A DNA stretch of 64,000 nt. Origin: Eledone cirrhosa. Lineage: Eukaryota. The notes below the pieces were generated by a model, which searched no databases, was not told the origin of the DNA, and saw nothing but the letters and a program-made list of their open reading frames with translations. The number at the start of each line of letters is the position of its first letter. Position 1 is the stretch's first letter. Location: positions 135,532,001 to 135,596,000 of the forward strand of contig OZ024740.1 in assembly GCA_964016885.1 (NCBI GenBank), read 5' to 3'. Below are positions 41,201 through 53,518 of this stretch, in pieces. A program made the position numbers and the translations under genes.

Positions 41201-41530
41201 GTTACCTCATAGTTATACAAGAGGTCCTAGAAATAGCAGCTAAATACTGGAGTACTTCAGGATGGTCCATAGGTTTGGTTGAAATAGCACCTACATAGGT
41301 GGAACCTTATGGTGATCCATAGGTGTGCTAGAAAAAGCAGTGGTCCATGGGTTTGCTAAAAATAGCTAGATATGGGAACCTCGTGGTAGTCCATAGGTGT
41401 GTTAGAAATAGCAGCTACTTCAGTTTAACCAGGGGAACCTCATGGTGGTCCTTAGGTTTGCTAAAAATAGCAGCTACATTAACTATACAGGGGGATCCTT
41501 ATGGTGGTCCATAGGTGTGCTAGATATACC
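38300..41530. repeat. Diverged ~50-bp tandem array, about 60 units
   Basis: Consensus ACCTCATGGTGGTCCATAGGTGTGCTAGAAATAGCAGCTAAATAGGGGGA with an optional ~9-bp ACATCAGCT insert. Confidence 0.97.
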
Positions 41531-42168
41531 ATCTATGTAGGAACACTGAAAGTTAGGTCAAGTGAGATTGTGTGTGAGCCTGGTGCCCATACAGCAGTCC
41601 TGCACCTACCCTTCCTCATAGCAGCAGCATCCAGTATTGAGCCCCTTAACTATGGTTATGCTGTGTGGTGAGTTGGGCGTGACCACTGGCCTGTCCCTCT
41701 TCATGGTGGTGCTATCCAATGCTGGGCCACAAAAATATGGCTATGCTGTGATTTGGGTTAGGCTCCTCATATTGGTACCATCCAGTACTGGGCTCTAAAA
41801 CTATGGTTCCACTGTGTGATGTGTTGGACTCCGAAAACATGGTTCCGTTGTGAGAGAGATTCGGCAACTGGCCTGTCTCTCATCATAATATAGCCATCCA
41901 GTTCCACACAGTAAATATGGTTGGTGTTAGGAAGGGCATCCAGCTGTAAAATACCCAACCAAATTTACACTCCTCTTGGAGGATGATGTGACACATGGCC
42001 AACCCTGACCAAACTTGCCTTCTAGTTTGGATGACTCGTTTAACCCATGCAAGCATGGAAAAATTGATGTTAAACGGAAATGATGATGATATATATATAT
42101 AATTAATTTTATTAAAATGACAGGGGGCTGAATTGGTGATGGTCCTTTAAAGTTTTATTGTTGCAAAA

Positions 42169-42226
42169 ACACTATATATATTTCAATGGCCTGGTTACAT
42201 AAGATCCTGGCAACATCATCAGGTGT
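42169..42226 (-). ncRNA. Degenerate minimal hammerhead motif
   Basis: Minus strand ACAC-CTGATGA-(imperfect stem II)-GAAAT-ATAT-ATA-GTGT. Confidence 0.45.
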
Positions 42227-42437
42227 GGATTGCATAATTAGTTAATCAATAAAGGTATTACAGCAAATACAAACAGAACAGAGAAAATATAGATATATCT
42301 TGTACTCAGATCTTATATTACATATTATTCGATTTTATTTTTAATCTTATTTCATTTTATTTCATTGCATTAGATTTTGGGTTTCTATTATTATACTATA
42401 TATTTCATATATAACTAATGTACACCTTAATCTTCAG

Positions 42438-42491
42438 GTTATCTGGTTCCGCACGTCTCAGTAGGTTCTCCGTTCCAATAGGTTCATCAAG
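42438..42491 (+). CDS. Candidate 54-nt cassette exon of the amphiphysin-like gene (phase 2-2)
   Basis: cttcag acceptor preceded by ACTAAT and CCTTAAT branch-like motifs, AG|gtatta donor; reads (V)LSGSARLSRFSVPIGSS(R) in frame; GC-richer island in AT-rich flank. No homology support. Confidence 0.55.
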
Positions 42492-43900
42492 GTATTAATT
42501 ATTATCATATATTAATAGCATTTCACTATCTCTTTCGCTTATTTAACATCTATTATGAAATTCACTCACTGCTTAACATTTGATATAGTTCTCTTGTATT
42601 ATAACTACACAGGGACATACATACTACAAAATATAAAATTTCTATATTTTCATATGTTATCTTATAGCATAAAATTATATTGTATTCCATATGGAATCTA
42701 ATATTGAGACCTAAGGATTTATTTTCTGTTTTTTATTTCTTCAATTTTACCCATCCCCCACAATTCTATCACCATGATTATTAGCATTACTGCTATTAAT
42801 AATTATCTGGTATGCGTTACATCACCATCTGAGGACTCTCTGAGTTACACACAAGATGCCAGAATTTGTTCCCATTCCTTGAGAGCTTGGAATTAAATAA
42901 TTTCCTTATCTTCAATATATGAATATACTCAGTACTGGTATATCATTTTTTGGACTTTGCACAGATGAGAAGACTCATCACATCAATCGTTATAGAATGC
43001 CAAACTACACTCCTTGTTTTTTCTTTCAAAACACACACATATAAGTATGAACTAGATCTATTATTTTAATGACACTCTGGCAATAAATAATATATATTTA
43101 TATTCATATCTATACCTAATTTACACTTTTTTTCAATTTTTACATTTTTTTAAATTTATATTTTTACGTAATGTATTTATCATAATTCATTTTTGTTCAT
43201 TTACTTAACATGACATTCAACCCAACTTTCATTAGTTTTACATTTTATAAATTTGTATAACCCTCTTAAACATATCTACTGTAATCTAATCTTCTCCACC
43301 TTCACACTTAACTGGTTTCGGTCAGTATATATTCACACTGAATTTATTGTCCTCCACCTCTGTAGCTGTGGTCTGGGTGGCTATCAGCATAGCAGTATCT
43401 ATAACAGCAGGAAATTTATCGCCAACAAACAAGCCCTACACCCATCTTGGTCGTGCCTACAAAACCCACAATGCTTTGCATTAACAAGCTTGTTATTCGG
43501 AGATGGTCTGCAGCAACAATAACACCTATTTCACAAGCCATCTCCAAATCAAATATTTTCTATATTTTCTTTGTTCTGTTTGTATTTGCCATAATTCATA
43601 ATCATTATCATTATAAATATATATATGTGCTTGTGTATGTATATATGTACATATGAATATGTATATATATATGTTAAAACAATGAAATAAAAAAATCAAG
43701 TCATTAGAGATATACTTCACTGCTTTACGATCGTTTCTAGATGCTGATAATACATTGTATCTATACTCAGTTATTGATCTATGCGAGTTTACAAACTATT
43801 AGATAGAGAGAATATTTACTTACATGCATATCACCAGCTGTTTTCAAAAGCAATAATAATTTTACTCAGAATTAGTAGCATGTTAGTATTATGTCCTTAT

Positions 43901-44012
43901 GAGTTCAAACCCCGCTGAGGTTGACTTTGCCTTTCATCCTTACGGGGTCGATAAAATAAAGTACCAGTAATACACTGGTTAATTGCTGGCCTTGTGCCAA
44001 AAAGTAGAAACA
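43901..44012 (+). mobile_element. 5'-truncated SINE with 13-bp TSD ATTATGTCCTTAT
   Basis: TSD at 43888-43900 and 44013-44025; the empty site is present in the inverted arm near 48104-48116. Confidence 0.92.
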
Positions 44013-44599
44013 ATTATGTCCTTATTTGGAGGTAGTTGAAGAACTAACAAATCAAATTGTTTTTTTCATATGGTGTTAAGATGAAAAGTAATACACTTTA
44101 GTTGAGGTCATGACCCTTTGAAAGGAATGGTTGAAGGGTGTTAGTAGAGTTGGCATAACAATCTATTAGGAAGGAAGGGGATTGTCAAACTGATAGTTGA
44201 ATGTATCTGGTATAGTGAATTCAAAAGGAAAGTCAAAATAAATGGTAATTAGTGTTGTATTGAGTTTTAAGGTGAATATAAATATATCCCAAACACTACT
44301 ATGGACCAAAACATAAAACCTAACAAAAACTACAAACTACAAACACCAAAAAATACCATTGAAACAAATACCTAAAGTGGTTATTCCTATTACACCAAAC
44401 AACCGAAAAACCACAACAACTATTACTACACGATCTATGAACAATGTTATCAACCCACATATGAATACCAAGCTCTCAAAATCTCATAATCTACCTCCAA
44501 AATAACACCAAATACAACCATGATAATTGACCAAATTCCACAAATAAGGACACTAACCATAGGAATTCTTCTGGAACACAACACAATAATATAAGGGAT

Positions 44600-45501
44600 A
44601 ATAAAAACTTAACTAAAAACCGCAAAAGAAACATAACATGGTACAACGCACCCTTCAACCTGCAAACTATTGGACAAATCCCCCAAAAATTCTTTGAAAT
44701 ACTATATAAACATTTTCCACCAAATATTTAACAAATATACTGTTAAATTCTCATACTCTACATCAAGCAATCTCAAACAAAAAATAAGCAACTACAACAT
44801 TTATAAACTTAAAAATAATATGACTACACCACCGCAACATAATTTAAATAGGACTGCACCTTTTAAAAAGACAAATAATACAATCCTTCAACCTAGAAAA
44901 CACAACCACCCAAATCACCAACACAAAAACAACAGAACACAAAATTACAATACAACTCTAGCACCAAACCACCCACAAAGCAACCTTCATTCTCCTGCTA
45001 TCATTAATTACAATAGGAATAGCTCAAGGATAAATGAGAATATTATAGGCACCCCAAAAACCATCTTACGTATGGCTGTAATTGCAGAAATAGAAGCATT
45101 TGCCCCTTAAATGGAAACTGTTTGATTAATAATGTGATATATAAATGCACTGTGTCATTACAGACTCCAACAAAACATATATAGGATCTACATCAAACAC
45201 ATTTAAGAAAAGATTTTACGCACACTCTAGTAGTTTCAACAATACTAAACTAGCAAACACCACATCTTTAGCTGAAGCGGTAAATAATTATAAAAAGAAA
45301 AAAATAGATTTCAAGTTATCGTGGAACACCATTCTACAAAAAACTCCATATCTTGGGAACAGGAGGGAATGTAGATTATGTTCAGGAGAGATCTTGGAAA
45401 TTACTAAATCTAAGGACGATTTATTAAATAAAAGACAGGAATTGATCATAGTCTGTAATCACCATATACGAAAAACATTTAAATACTATAAACCTAATTA
45501 A
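44600..45501 (+). mobile_element. Penelope-like element remnant (Cys linker plus GIY-YIG endonuclease)
   Basis: RKRNITWYNAPF, CNCRNRSICPLNGNCLINNVIYKC, TYIGSTSNTFKKRFYAH and CRLCSGE...LLNKRQEL...CNH. Confidence 0.9.
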
Positions 45502-45876
45502 ATATTCTAAATAGCAACTCACTATAATTCCGTATAGAGTAACATTTATTAGTACCTCTTTCCCCTAATTATATGCATTCATGCTTATTTTTGCCTTTTA
45601 ATGTTTTAGCTTCCTTAGATTTATGCTTTAATGACTAAAGGCAACAAGGTACACAACCACCCGTAATTGCATGAGTAAAAATATACATCTATGTATGATA
45701 TGGAAATATATTTGTGTGTGTCTATATTTGTGTATATATATATATGTATATGTTTATGCATGTGTATATGTGTATATGCTTGTGTGTAGGTGTATGTATG
45801 TATATATATATATATGTATGTATAAGTATATATATATATATATATAGGTATATATATATATATATATAAATATATA

Positions 45877-46071
45877 GTGTAGGTAACACGGTAAAAACCT
45901 CCCAGTCCACACTGTAAACGTGGTTGGTGTTAGGAAGGGCATCCAGCCGTAGAAAACCTGCCAGACAGCCCTATACGAGCAGGACAACCAATCTTGCCTC
46001 ACGTGGGAAAACTCCCGTCCAAACCCATGCAAGCGTGGAAGATAGACAGTAAACGATGATGATGATGATGA

Positions 46072-46075
<4 letters not shown>
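45877..46075 (+). mobile_element. RTE 3' UTR-only insertion between (TA)n tracts
   Basis: Near-identical to the RTE tails at about 46870-47069 and 7165-7350; (GAT)n end. Confidence 0.9.
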
Positions 46076-46111
<36 letters not shown>

Positions 46112-46115
<4 letters not shown>

Positions 46116-47069
46116 CAGCAGTGGTGGAGGGTGCTCTGAAAGTACAGTAGCTAGAGTCAGAACGGGATGGAAAAAGTTCAGAGAGCTTATACCACTATTG
46201 GCCACTAAAGGGTTCTCTCTAAAAATGAAAGGCAGGCTGTATGATGCCTGCATACGAACAGCAATGTTACATAGCAGTGAGACTTGGGCATTGTGTGCAG
46301 AGGATATACGCAGACTAGAGAGGAACGAAGCTTGCATGCTCCGCTGGATGGGTAATAGTAATATACGGGAACGGCAAAGCATAAACGAACTAAGGGAGAA
46401 ATTAGGAATAAGAGGGATCAGATGTTGTTTACTCGAGAGAAGACTACGTTGGTACAGTCACGTGATGCGCATGAAAGACAACAGCTGTATAAAAAAGTGC
46501 AGGGTGATAAAAATAGACGGTAGCCACGGAGTAGGCAGACCCAGAAAAACCTGGGACGACTTGATAAATTCCGACCTCACACACTTACACCTCTCCAAGA
46601 CAATGTCACTGGACCGTGATCTTTGGCGCTACACAGTAATACAGAAGACCCGCCTTGCCTAAGTACAAAGTGAAACCTACAGTCAGTAGGCACCTCTAAC
46701 AAAAACACAACCCCGTCCCACTACCCCCACCCCATCCACACCACCCCCACCCCATCCACACCACCCCTTTCAATGTAAAGTTATGTTGGTACCACAACAT
46801 CCAGTCCGAAACAAATGAGGTCGTGTAGGTGTCACAACAAAAAAACACACAGTCCACGCTGTAATGTGGCCGTGTAGGTAACACGGTAAAAACCTCCCAG
46901 TCCACACTGTAAATGTGGTTGGTGTTAGGAGGGCATCCAGCCGTAGAAAACCCGCCAGACAGTCCTATACGAGCAAGACAACCAATCTTGCCTCAAGTGG
47001 GAAAATTCCTGTCCAAACCCATGCAAGCGTGGAAGATGGACGTTAAACGATGATGATGATGATGATGAT
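46112..47069 (+). mobile_element. 5'-truncated RTE LINE
   Basis: ARVRTGWKKFREL...RRLRWYSHVMRM...GRPRKTW; (GAT)n tail; flanked by (TA)n. Confidence 0.95.
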
Positions 47070-47414
47070 ATGTATATATATATATATATATGTGTGTTTG
47101 TGTGTGTGTATATGTGAGTATAGGTGTATGAATGTTTATATATGAGTATGTGCACATATAAGAGGAGTGTACATATACGCACACGTGTATATATATATGT
47201 GTATGTGTGTTTATTGGATATATATATGTATATATATATATATATATGTGTATGTATATTTTTGGTTAGATATCAATATAACTGTACCTCTCTCTTTGTA
47301 GACTATGAAATTTATGTGTTTTAACTATGCCAACATGTATTTATCTGAGTTTGATTGTTTATGCATAAACATACTTAGTAATATTTTAGAGCATATAATA
47401 TGCTATATTATACT

Positions 47415-47742
47415 AAGTGCAGTTTACCACACCGTACTATAGACAATATGCTCCCACACTCTCCCACTGCAAGGTGGTCGTGGAGGTGCCACGGCAAAAA
47501 AGCACCCAGCCCACACTGTAAAGTGGGCATGTAGGTGCCACGGAAAAAAAATAAGCACCCAGCACTCACTGTAAATGAGGTTGGTGTTAGGAAGGGCATC
47601 CAGCTGTAGAAATCAAGCCAAATCAGTTCCTGTATGAGCAAGGCATGGTCAGCCAACCAGACACTGCCCACAACAGGACAACCCGTCTAACCCATGCTAG
47701 CGTGCAAGAACGGACGTAAAACGGTGATGATGATGATGATGA
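47415..47742 (+). mobile_element. RTE 3' UTR fragment (second subfamily)
   Basis: Matches the 3' UTR of 56739-57405; (GAT)n tail. Confidence 0.85.
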
Positions 47743-48488
47743 CTATATTGTGTTGGTTAAGTTGTATATTATCGCATTACTATATCTCATTATCTTATTA
47801 TAATTTTCATCTTTTAATATACTATCTTTCCTAGCCATAACATTAATTTATATTCACCTTAAAACTCAATACAACACTAAACACCATTTATTTTGACATT
47901 CCTTTTAAATTCACTATACAACATACATTCAACTATCAGTTTGACAATCCCCTTCCTTCCTAATAGATTGTTATGCCAACTCTACTAACACCCTTCAACC
48001 ATTCCTTTCAAAGGGTCATGACCTCAACTAAAGTGTATTACTTTTCATCTTAACACCATATGAAAAAAACAATTTGATTTGTTAGTTCTTTAACTACCTC
48101 CAAATAAGGACATAATACTAACATGCTACTAATTCTGAGTAAAATTATTATTGCTTTTGAAAACAGCTGGTGATATGCATGTAAGTAAATATTCTCTCTA
48201 TCTGATAGTTTGTAAACTTACATAGATCAATAACTGAGTATAGATACAATGTATTATCAGCATCTAGAAACGGTCGTAAAGCAGTGAAGTATATCTCTAA
48301 TGACTTGATTTTTTATTTCATTGTTTTAACTTATATCATGACTCTATTTTCCTTTTAATGTTTTATTGTTTTCTGAGATTTATCTTAACCTACATTTTCA
48401 ACATATGGATTACATCGAGTTCTTCATGCAGAATAGACCCCACAACTTACAGTGGATACCTCTGTGTGTATATATATATATATATATA

Positions 48489-50282
48489 CAGGAGAAGTAC
48501 CTAGCTAAAAGTAAACCCCTATACTTAGCTTTTGTTGACTTGGAGAAAGCCTTTGACAGAGTACCCCCGCTCGATTATCTGGTGGGCCCTTAGAAAACTA
48601 GGTGTTGATGAATGGCTTGTGAGAGCTATACAAGCCATGTATAAAGAAACAGTCAGCAAGGTTAGAATTAACAACGAATATAGTGAAGAGTTTAGCGTAA
48701 AAGTTGTTCATCAGGGCTCTGTCCTTAGCCCCCTCCTATTTATTATTGCCCTTCAGGCTATAACAGAGGAGTTCAAGACCGGCTGCCCATAGGAACTCCT
48801 ATACACAGATGATCTAACGCTCGTAGCTGAATCGATGGCTGAACTAGAGAAGAAATTCCAAACATGGAAGCATGGCCTAGAATCAAAAGGCCTTAAAGTT
48901 AACTTGTCTAAGACTAAAGTTCTAGTTTGTAGGAAGGAAAATAGGGCACTGGTCCCATCTGGGAAATGGCCATGCTCAGTGTGTAGGAAAGGAATAGGCA
49001 AAAACTCCATTTTATGTCCCAAATGCAAAGTATGGGTACATAAAAGATGTAGTGGGATCACAGGTAAGCTAACTAAGAATATAGATTTTATATGTGGCCG
49101 GTGCTCTGGTGTAATAAGTAGCAGCAAGTGCCCACAGAATACTAACTCATTCCATTGCACAGATGGTTCTATAGAAATAGTGGACAGCTTCCGTTACCTG
49201 GGTGACAAAATCAGCAGTGGGGATAGGGTGCTCTGAAAGTACAGTAGCTAGAGTCAGAACGGGATGGAAAAAGTTCAGAGAGCTTATACCACTATTGGCC
49301 ACTAAAGGGTTCTCTCTAAAAATGAAAGGCAGGCTGTATGATGCCTGCATACGAACAGCAGTGTTACATGGCAGTGAGACCTGGGCATCGTGTGCAGAGG
49401 TTATACGCAGACTGGAAAGAAACGAAGCTTGCATGCTCCGCTGGATGTGTAATAGTAATATACGTGAACGGCAAAGCATAAACGAACTAAGGGAGAAATT
49501 AGGAATAAGAGGGATCAGATGCTGTTTACTCGAGAGAAGACTACGTTGGTACAGTCACGTGATGCGCATGAAAGACGACAGCTGTATAAAAAAGTGCAGG
49601 GCGATAAAAATAGACGGTAGCAACGGAGTAGGCAGACCCAGAAAAACCTGGGACGACTTGATAAATTACGACCTCACACACTTACACCTCTCCAAGACAA
49701 TGTCACTGGACCGAGAGCTTTGGCGCTACACAGTTATACAGAAGACCCGCCTTGCCTAAGTACAAAGTGAAACCTACAGTCAGTAGGCACCTCTAACGAA
49801 ATACACCCCAGTCCCACTACCCCCACCCCATCCACACCACCCCCTTAAATGTGAAGTTATGTTGGTACCACAACATCTAGTCCAAAACAAATGGGGTCGT
49901 GTAGTTGTCACAACAAAAAAACACACAGTCCACGCTGTAATGTGGCCGTGTAGGTAACACGGTAAAAACCTCCCAGTACACACTGTAAACGTGGTTGGTG
50001 TTGGGAAGGGCATCCAGCCGTAGAAAACCCGCCAGACGTGTAGGTGTCACGACAAAAAACACACAGTCCACGCTGTAATGTGGCCGTGTAGGTAACACGG
50101 TAAAAACCTCCCAGTCCACACTGTAAACGTGGTTGGTGTTGGGAAGGGCATCCAGCCGTAGAAAACCCGCCAGGCAGTTCTATACAAGTAGGACAACCAA
50201 ACTTGCCTCAAGTGGGAAAACTCCCGTCCAAACCCATGCAAGCGTGGAAGATGGACGTTAAACGATGTGATGATGATGATGA
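48489..50282 (+). mobile_element. 5'-truncated RTE LINE with duplicated 3' UTR segment
   Basis: QEKYLAKSKPLYLAFVDLEKAFDRVP, HQGSVLSPLLF, YTDD, FRYLG; begins right after (TA)n; (GAT)n tail. Confidence 0.95.
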
Positions 50283-50347
50283 ATGTGCTTGTTTGTATAT
50301 ATGTATACATATATATATGTGTGTGTGTATATATATGTATGTATGTT

Positions 50348-50422
<75 letters not shown>

Positions 50423-51340
50423 ATGTATAACATGGGTTATTCAGTAATTTTGTTGATTACTGCAGGTAGCATCAATATGAGCACTTGATGCTAATACTGC
50501 AACAGGGTGATTCTGAAAGAAGTTAGCACTTCTCACAGTATGTATATTGCATGTTTACAATCAGCAGAGTGTATATATTATAAATGAGATAATGAAATTT
50601 CACTTTCAAATGTTTTACTGCATATTACTCTTTACATGTTTCACAGCTGATTGGCTTGAGATCTTTATAGATATGACATACTTGACTCCAGTGTCACTCT
50701 GCTCTGAAGTTAGGTTTGTCACATTGATAAAAACCTCAAGCCAATCATCTGTGAAACATATTCAATAAAAACATTTGAAAGTGAAACTTCGTTATTTGAT
50801 ATCATCATCATTGTTTAACATTCATTTTTCCATGCCAGCATGGGTTAGACGAGTTGTCCTGTTGTGAGAAATGCCAGGTCAGGTGTCCATGTCTTGCTCA
50901 TACAGAACTGATTTTGGCTTGGTTTCTACAGCTGGATGCCCCTCCTAATGCCAACCCAAGTCTTCCTGGGACTCCCCATACATAGAATATATATATATAA
51001 ACATGTGTAATGCTAAATATATGCATTTGTGTGTAAACAAGGCAAATACAGTGTACAAAATCAGTGAAAGTCAAAAATCAAAATGAATGTCTTGACACCT
51101 ACAACACCACTTTACAGTGTGGGCTGGAGGCTTCACTAGATGTATGCTTCAGCCTGTTCTCATGGGAGATGTATAGAAGAGTAGGATGGGGTGAAGGAGG
51201 TGGGATGCATACTATATGTATGCTTCAAAGATCAAGGTCTCGTGTCATCATCTTTGATAGGTGCAATTGTGCAAGGTTAGCTTTTATCACCTCATCCCAA
51301 GTTTTCCTAGGTTTCCCCATACATAGTATGTATATATATA

Positions 51341-52159
51341 TATAAATGAGCGGAGCAAGCAATTATCAAACAATTCTCTAAATAAATTAAAAAACGATTT
51401 AAATAATCACCTGTTCTATTGCTGTTACCGACGGTTTCACCAATCCAAAGATTGGAAATCCAGAGAATTTCCAATGGAAAGAATTAGATCTTCAGACAGC
51501 TTATTTCCATACTATAAGGTTGCTAATCTCACAGTAAGTCAATATTTTGCTTCCTGCCTAATGCATGCGGTCAGGCCATTAAAATGACGCACACGCAAAA
51601 TCAGGTCGCAAGTAAGAGCTGTTTATTACAAACTTGTTGATAATGCTACTAAAACCACCAGCACTATACAACGTTTTGTTCTCCACATAAGGAGAAAAAT
51701 TATAAAAGGGTATGGATATCTCAACAGGCACTAGGTACCTATAGAAATATGCAAGGTGTTTATAATAGTTGTGGTTTGATGGTACTAATTTGCGACCTGA
51801 TTTTGCGTGTGTGTCATTTTAACGGCCTGACCGCATGCGTTAGGCAGGAAGCGAAATATTGACTTACTGTGAAATTAGCAACCTTATAGTATGGAAATAA
51901 GCTCCCTGAAGATCTATTTCTTTCCATTGGAAATTCTTTGGATTTCCAATCTTTGGATTGGTGAAACCGTCGGTAACAGCAATAGAACAGGTGATTATTT
52001 AATTCGTTTTTTTAATTTATTTAGAGAATTGTTTGATAATTGCTTGCTCCGCTCATTTATATTGTTCTGGTATCTCAAATTAGTACCATCGAACCACAAC
52101 TATTATAAACACCTTGCATATTTCTATAGGTACCTAGTGCCTGTTGAGATATCCATACC

Positions 52160-52167
<8 letters not shown>
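51341..52167. mobile_element. Non-coding fold-back insertion with interlocked inverted repeats and a hammerhead-like motif
   Basis: A 51341-51611 pairs with A' 51790-52061; C 51701-51792 pairs with C' 52076-52167; CTGAAGA...GAAACCGTCGGTA in A and A'; flanked by (TA)n. Confidence 0.8.
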
Positions 52168-52194
<27 letters not shown>

Positions 52195-52779
52195 ATGTGT
52201 AATGTTAAATATATGCAGGTGTGTACAAGACAAATTCAATGTACAAAAACAGTGAAAGACAAAAATCAAAATGCTATGAAAAATTAGAAGCAAAACAAAA
52301 AATATTTTGTCGGCACAGATTATTCCATCTTAATATTTCACATCATTCATCTTCATACAAACATCTAGTAGTTTACATACAATATTTGCTTTATTCAGCT
52401 TGTTATAATTCTTCCTCTATTAACAAAAAGGACCAGGTCATCTACATATGGAAGTTCCATGAATAAGATATTACTAGTCGAATTATTACTAAGACCATTA
52501 TTCAACTATATGTACCAGATACTTAAAAAAAGTAGAGTGTAGATACTATTCATTACATGTTGGCTTGACAGTCAAGCTTAAATCATTTGGATAATCCATT
52601 TGAACTATCAAAATGGTTTATGCTTATGTATAATGAATAATATTCATATACAGGACTAGAACTGTGGTTTCTTTGGGTGCATCATATCATCACTTGACAG
52701 GTTGATATGTCCTCAACAGAAACAAAGGGAAGTAGATTGTGGTTATATTTTCTTGAAGTGAAATTTTACATTGCATTAA

Positions 52780-52996
52780 CCCTTTAGCATTTACATTCTC
52801 TATAATTACTATTGTATTTTCACAGTAAAGGCTTTATCTTACATAATTATCTCACATAATATTGAATCTACAAGATTTTGATATTTATTTTGAGAACAAT
52901 ACCATAATATTGGTATGAGCAGCCAGTTATGGCTGGTTTAAACAGAAAGAGGTGAGAGAATTCTAGCCAGATATGGCCAGTTTAAATGCTAAAGGG
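52780..52996. mobile_element. TTAA-flanked piggyBac-like MITE, intact ends
   Basis: TTAA|CCCTTTAGCATTTA ... TAAATGCTAAAGGG|TTAA: perfect 14-bp TIR and TTAA TSD. Confidence 0.9.
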
Positions 52997-53518
52997 TTAA
53001 ATCAATTCAACAGACCTTCACAATGGAAGGAAGGTAAATTTGATTAATACAATGTAGTTAACTCCCATGAATACCATATTTAATATATCTTAGATATTTC
53101 GATCTTTTTTATCTCATTTCTTTCTGTTTCCCTCTAACAATTTCTCTGTCTGTCTGCCTTATTTATTTCTAAAAGTATATGATCTCTCTTTCTTACCTTT
53201 TTTGTCTCTCCCATATCTGTCTTACTCTCTGACTGGGGCCTCAACCACTAAAACACCCAAGAAACCTCCTGTGAGATGTGACCTTGCAGGAGGCTAGCTA
53301 AATCTGCATAAGCAGATGCTGTAAATTTCATTTAAACATTTTTAAATCTCATCTGTCTTGCCCCTTTCTACACAGAACCAAGAAGATTATGGATTCTTAT
53401 ATTCTAACCTAAAGCTTATACATTACTTACCTCCACACTACCTCCTAATTCCACTATAAGCTGAAACGTTTTTTACCATACGCCTGATTTATTAGTGCTG
53501 ACTTGGACTAAACAACAA

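Larger units (their letters stand above)
43673..48330. repeat. Inverted repeat pair, arms 43673-44283 and 47846-48330
   Basis: About 485 bp of near-identical reverse-complement sequence; the left arm carries an extra SINE. Confidence 0.95.

Noticed and set aside
38300-41530. CRISPR array or sgRNA scaffold (units contain GCTAGAAATAGCA, identical to 13 nt of the SpCas9 sgRNA)
   Set aside because: Linkers are short and homologous to each other rather than unique spacers, there are no cas genes, and the context is a eukaryotic intron. The sgRNA GAAA loop is engineered, so the match is treated as coincidence.
41560-41910. Degenerate internal repeats (CATCCAGTACTGGGC...CTATGG) after the 50-bp array
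   Set aside because: Only about three highly diverged units running into an RTE-type tail; most likely an old LINE 3' UTR.
53176-53460. Possible extra exons (…TGASTTKTPKKPP|gtgaga and cacag|NQEDYGFLY…stop)
   Set aside because: The only upstream AG gives phase 1, incompatible with the phase-2 upstream exons, and there is no homology; RNA-seq would be needed.
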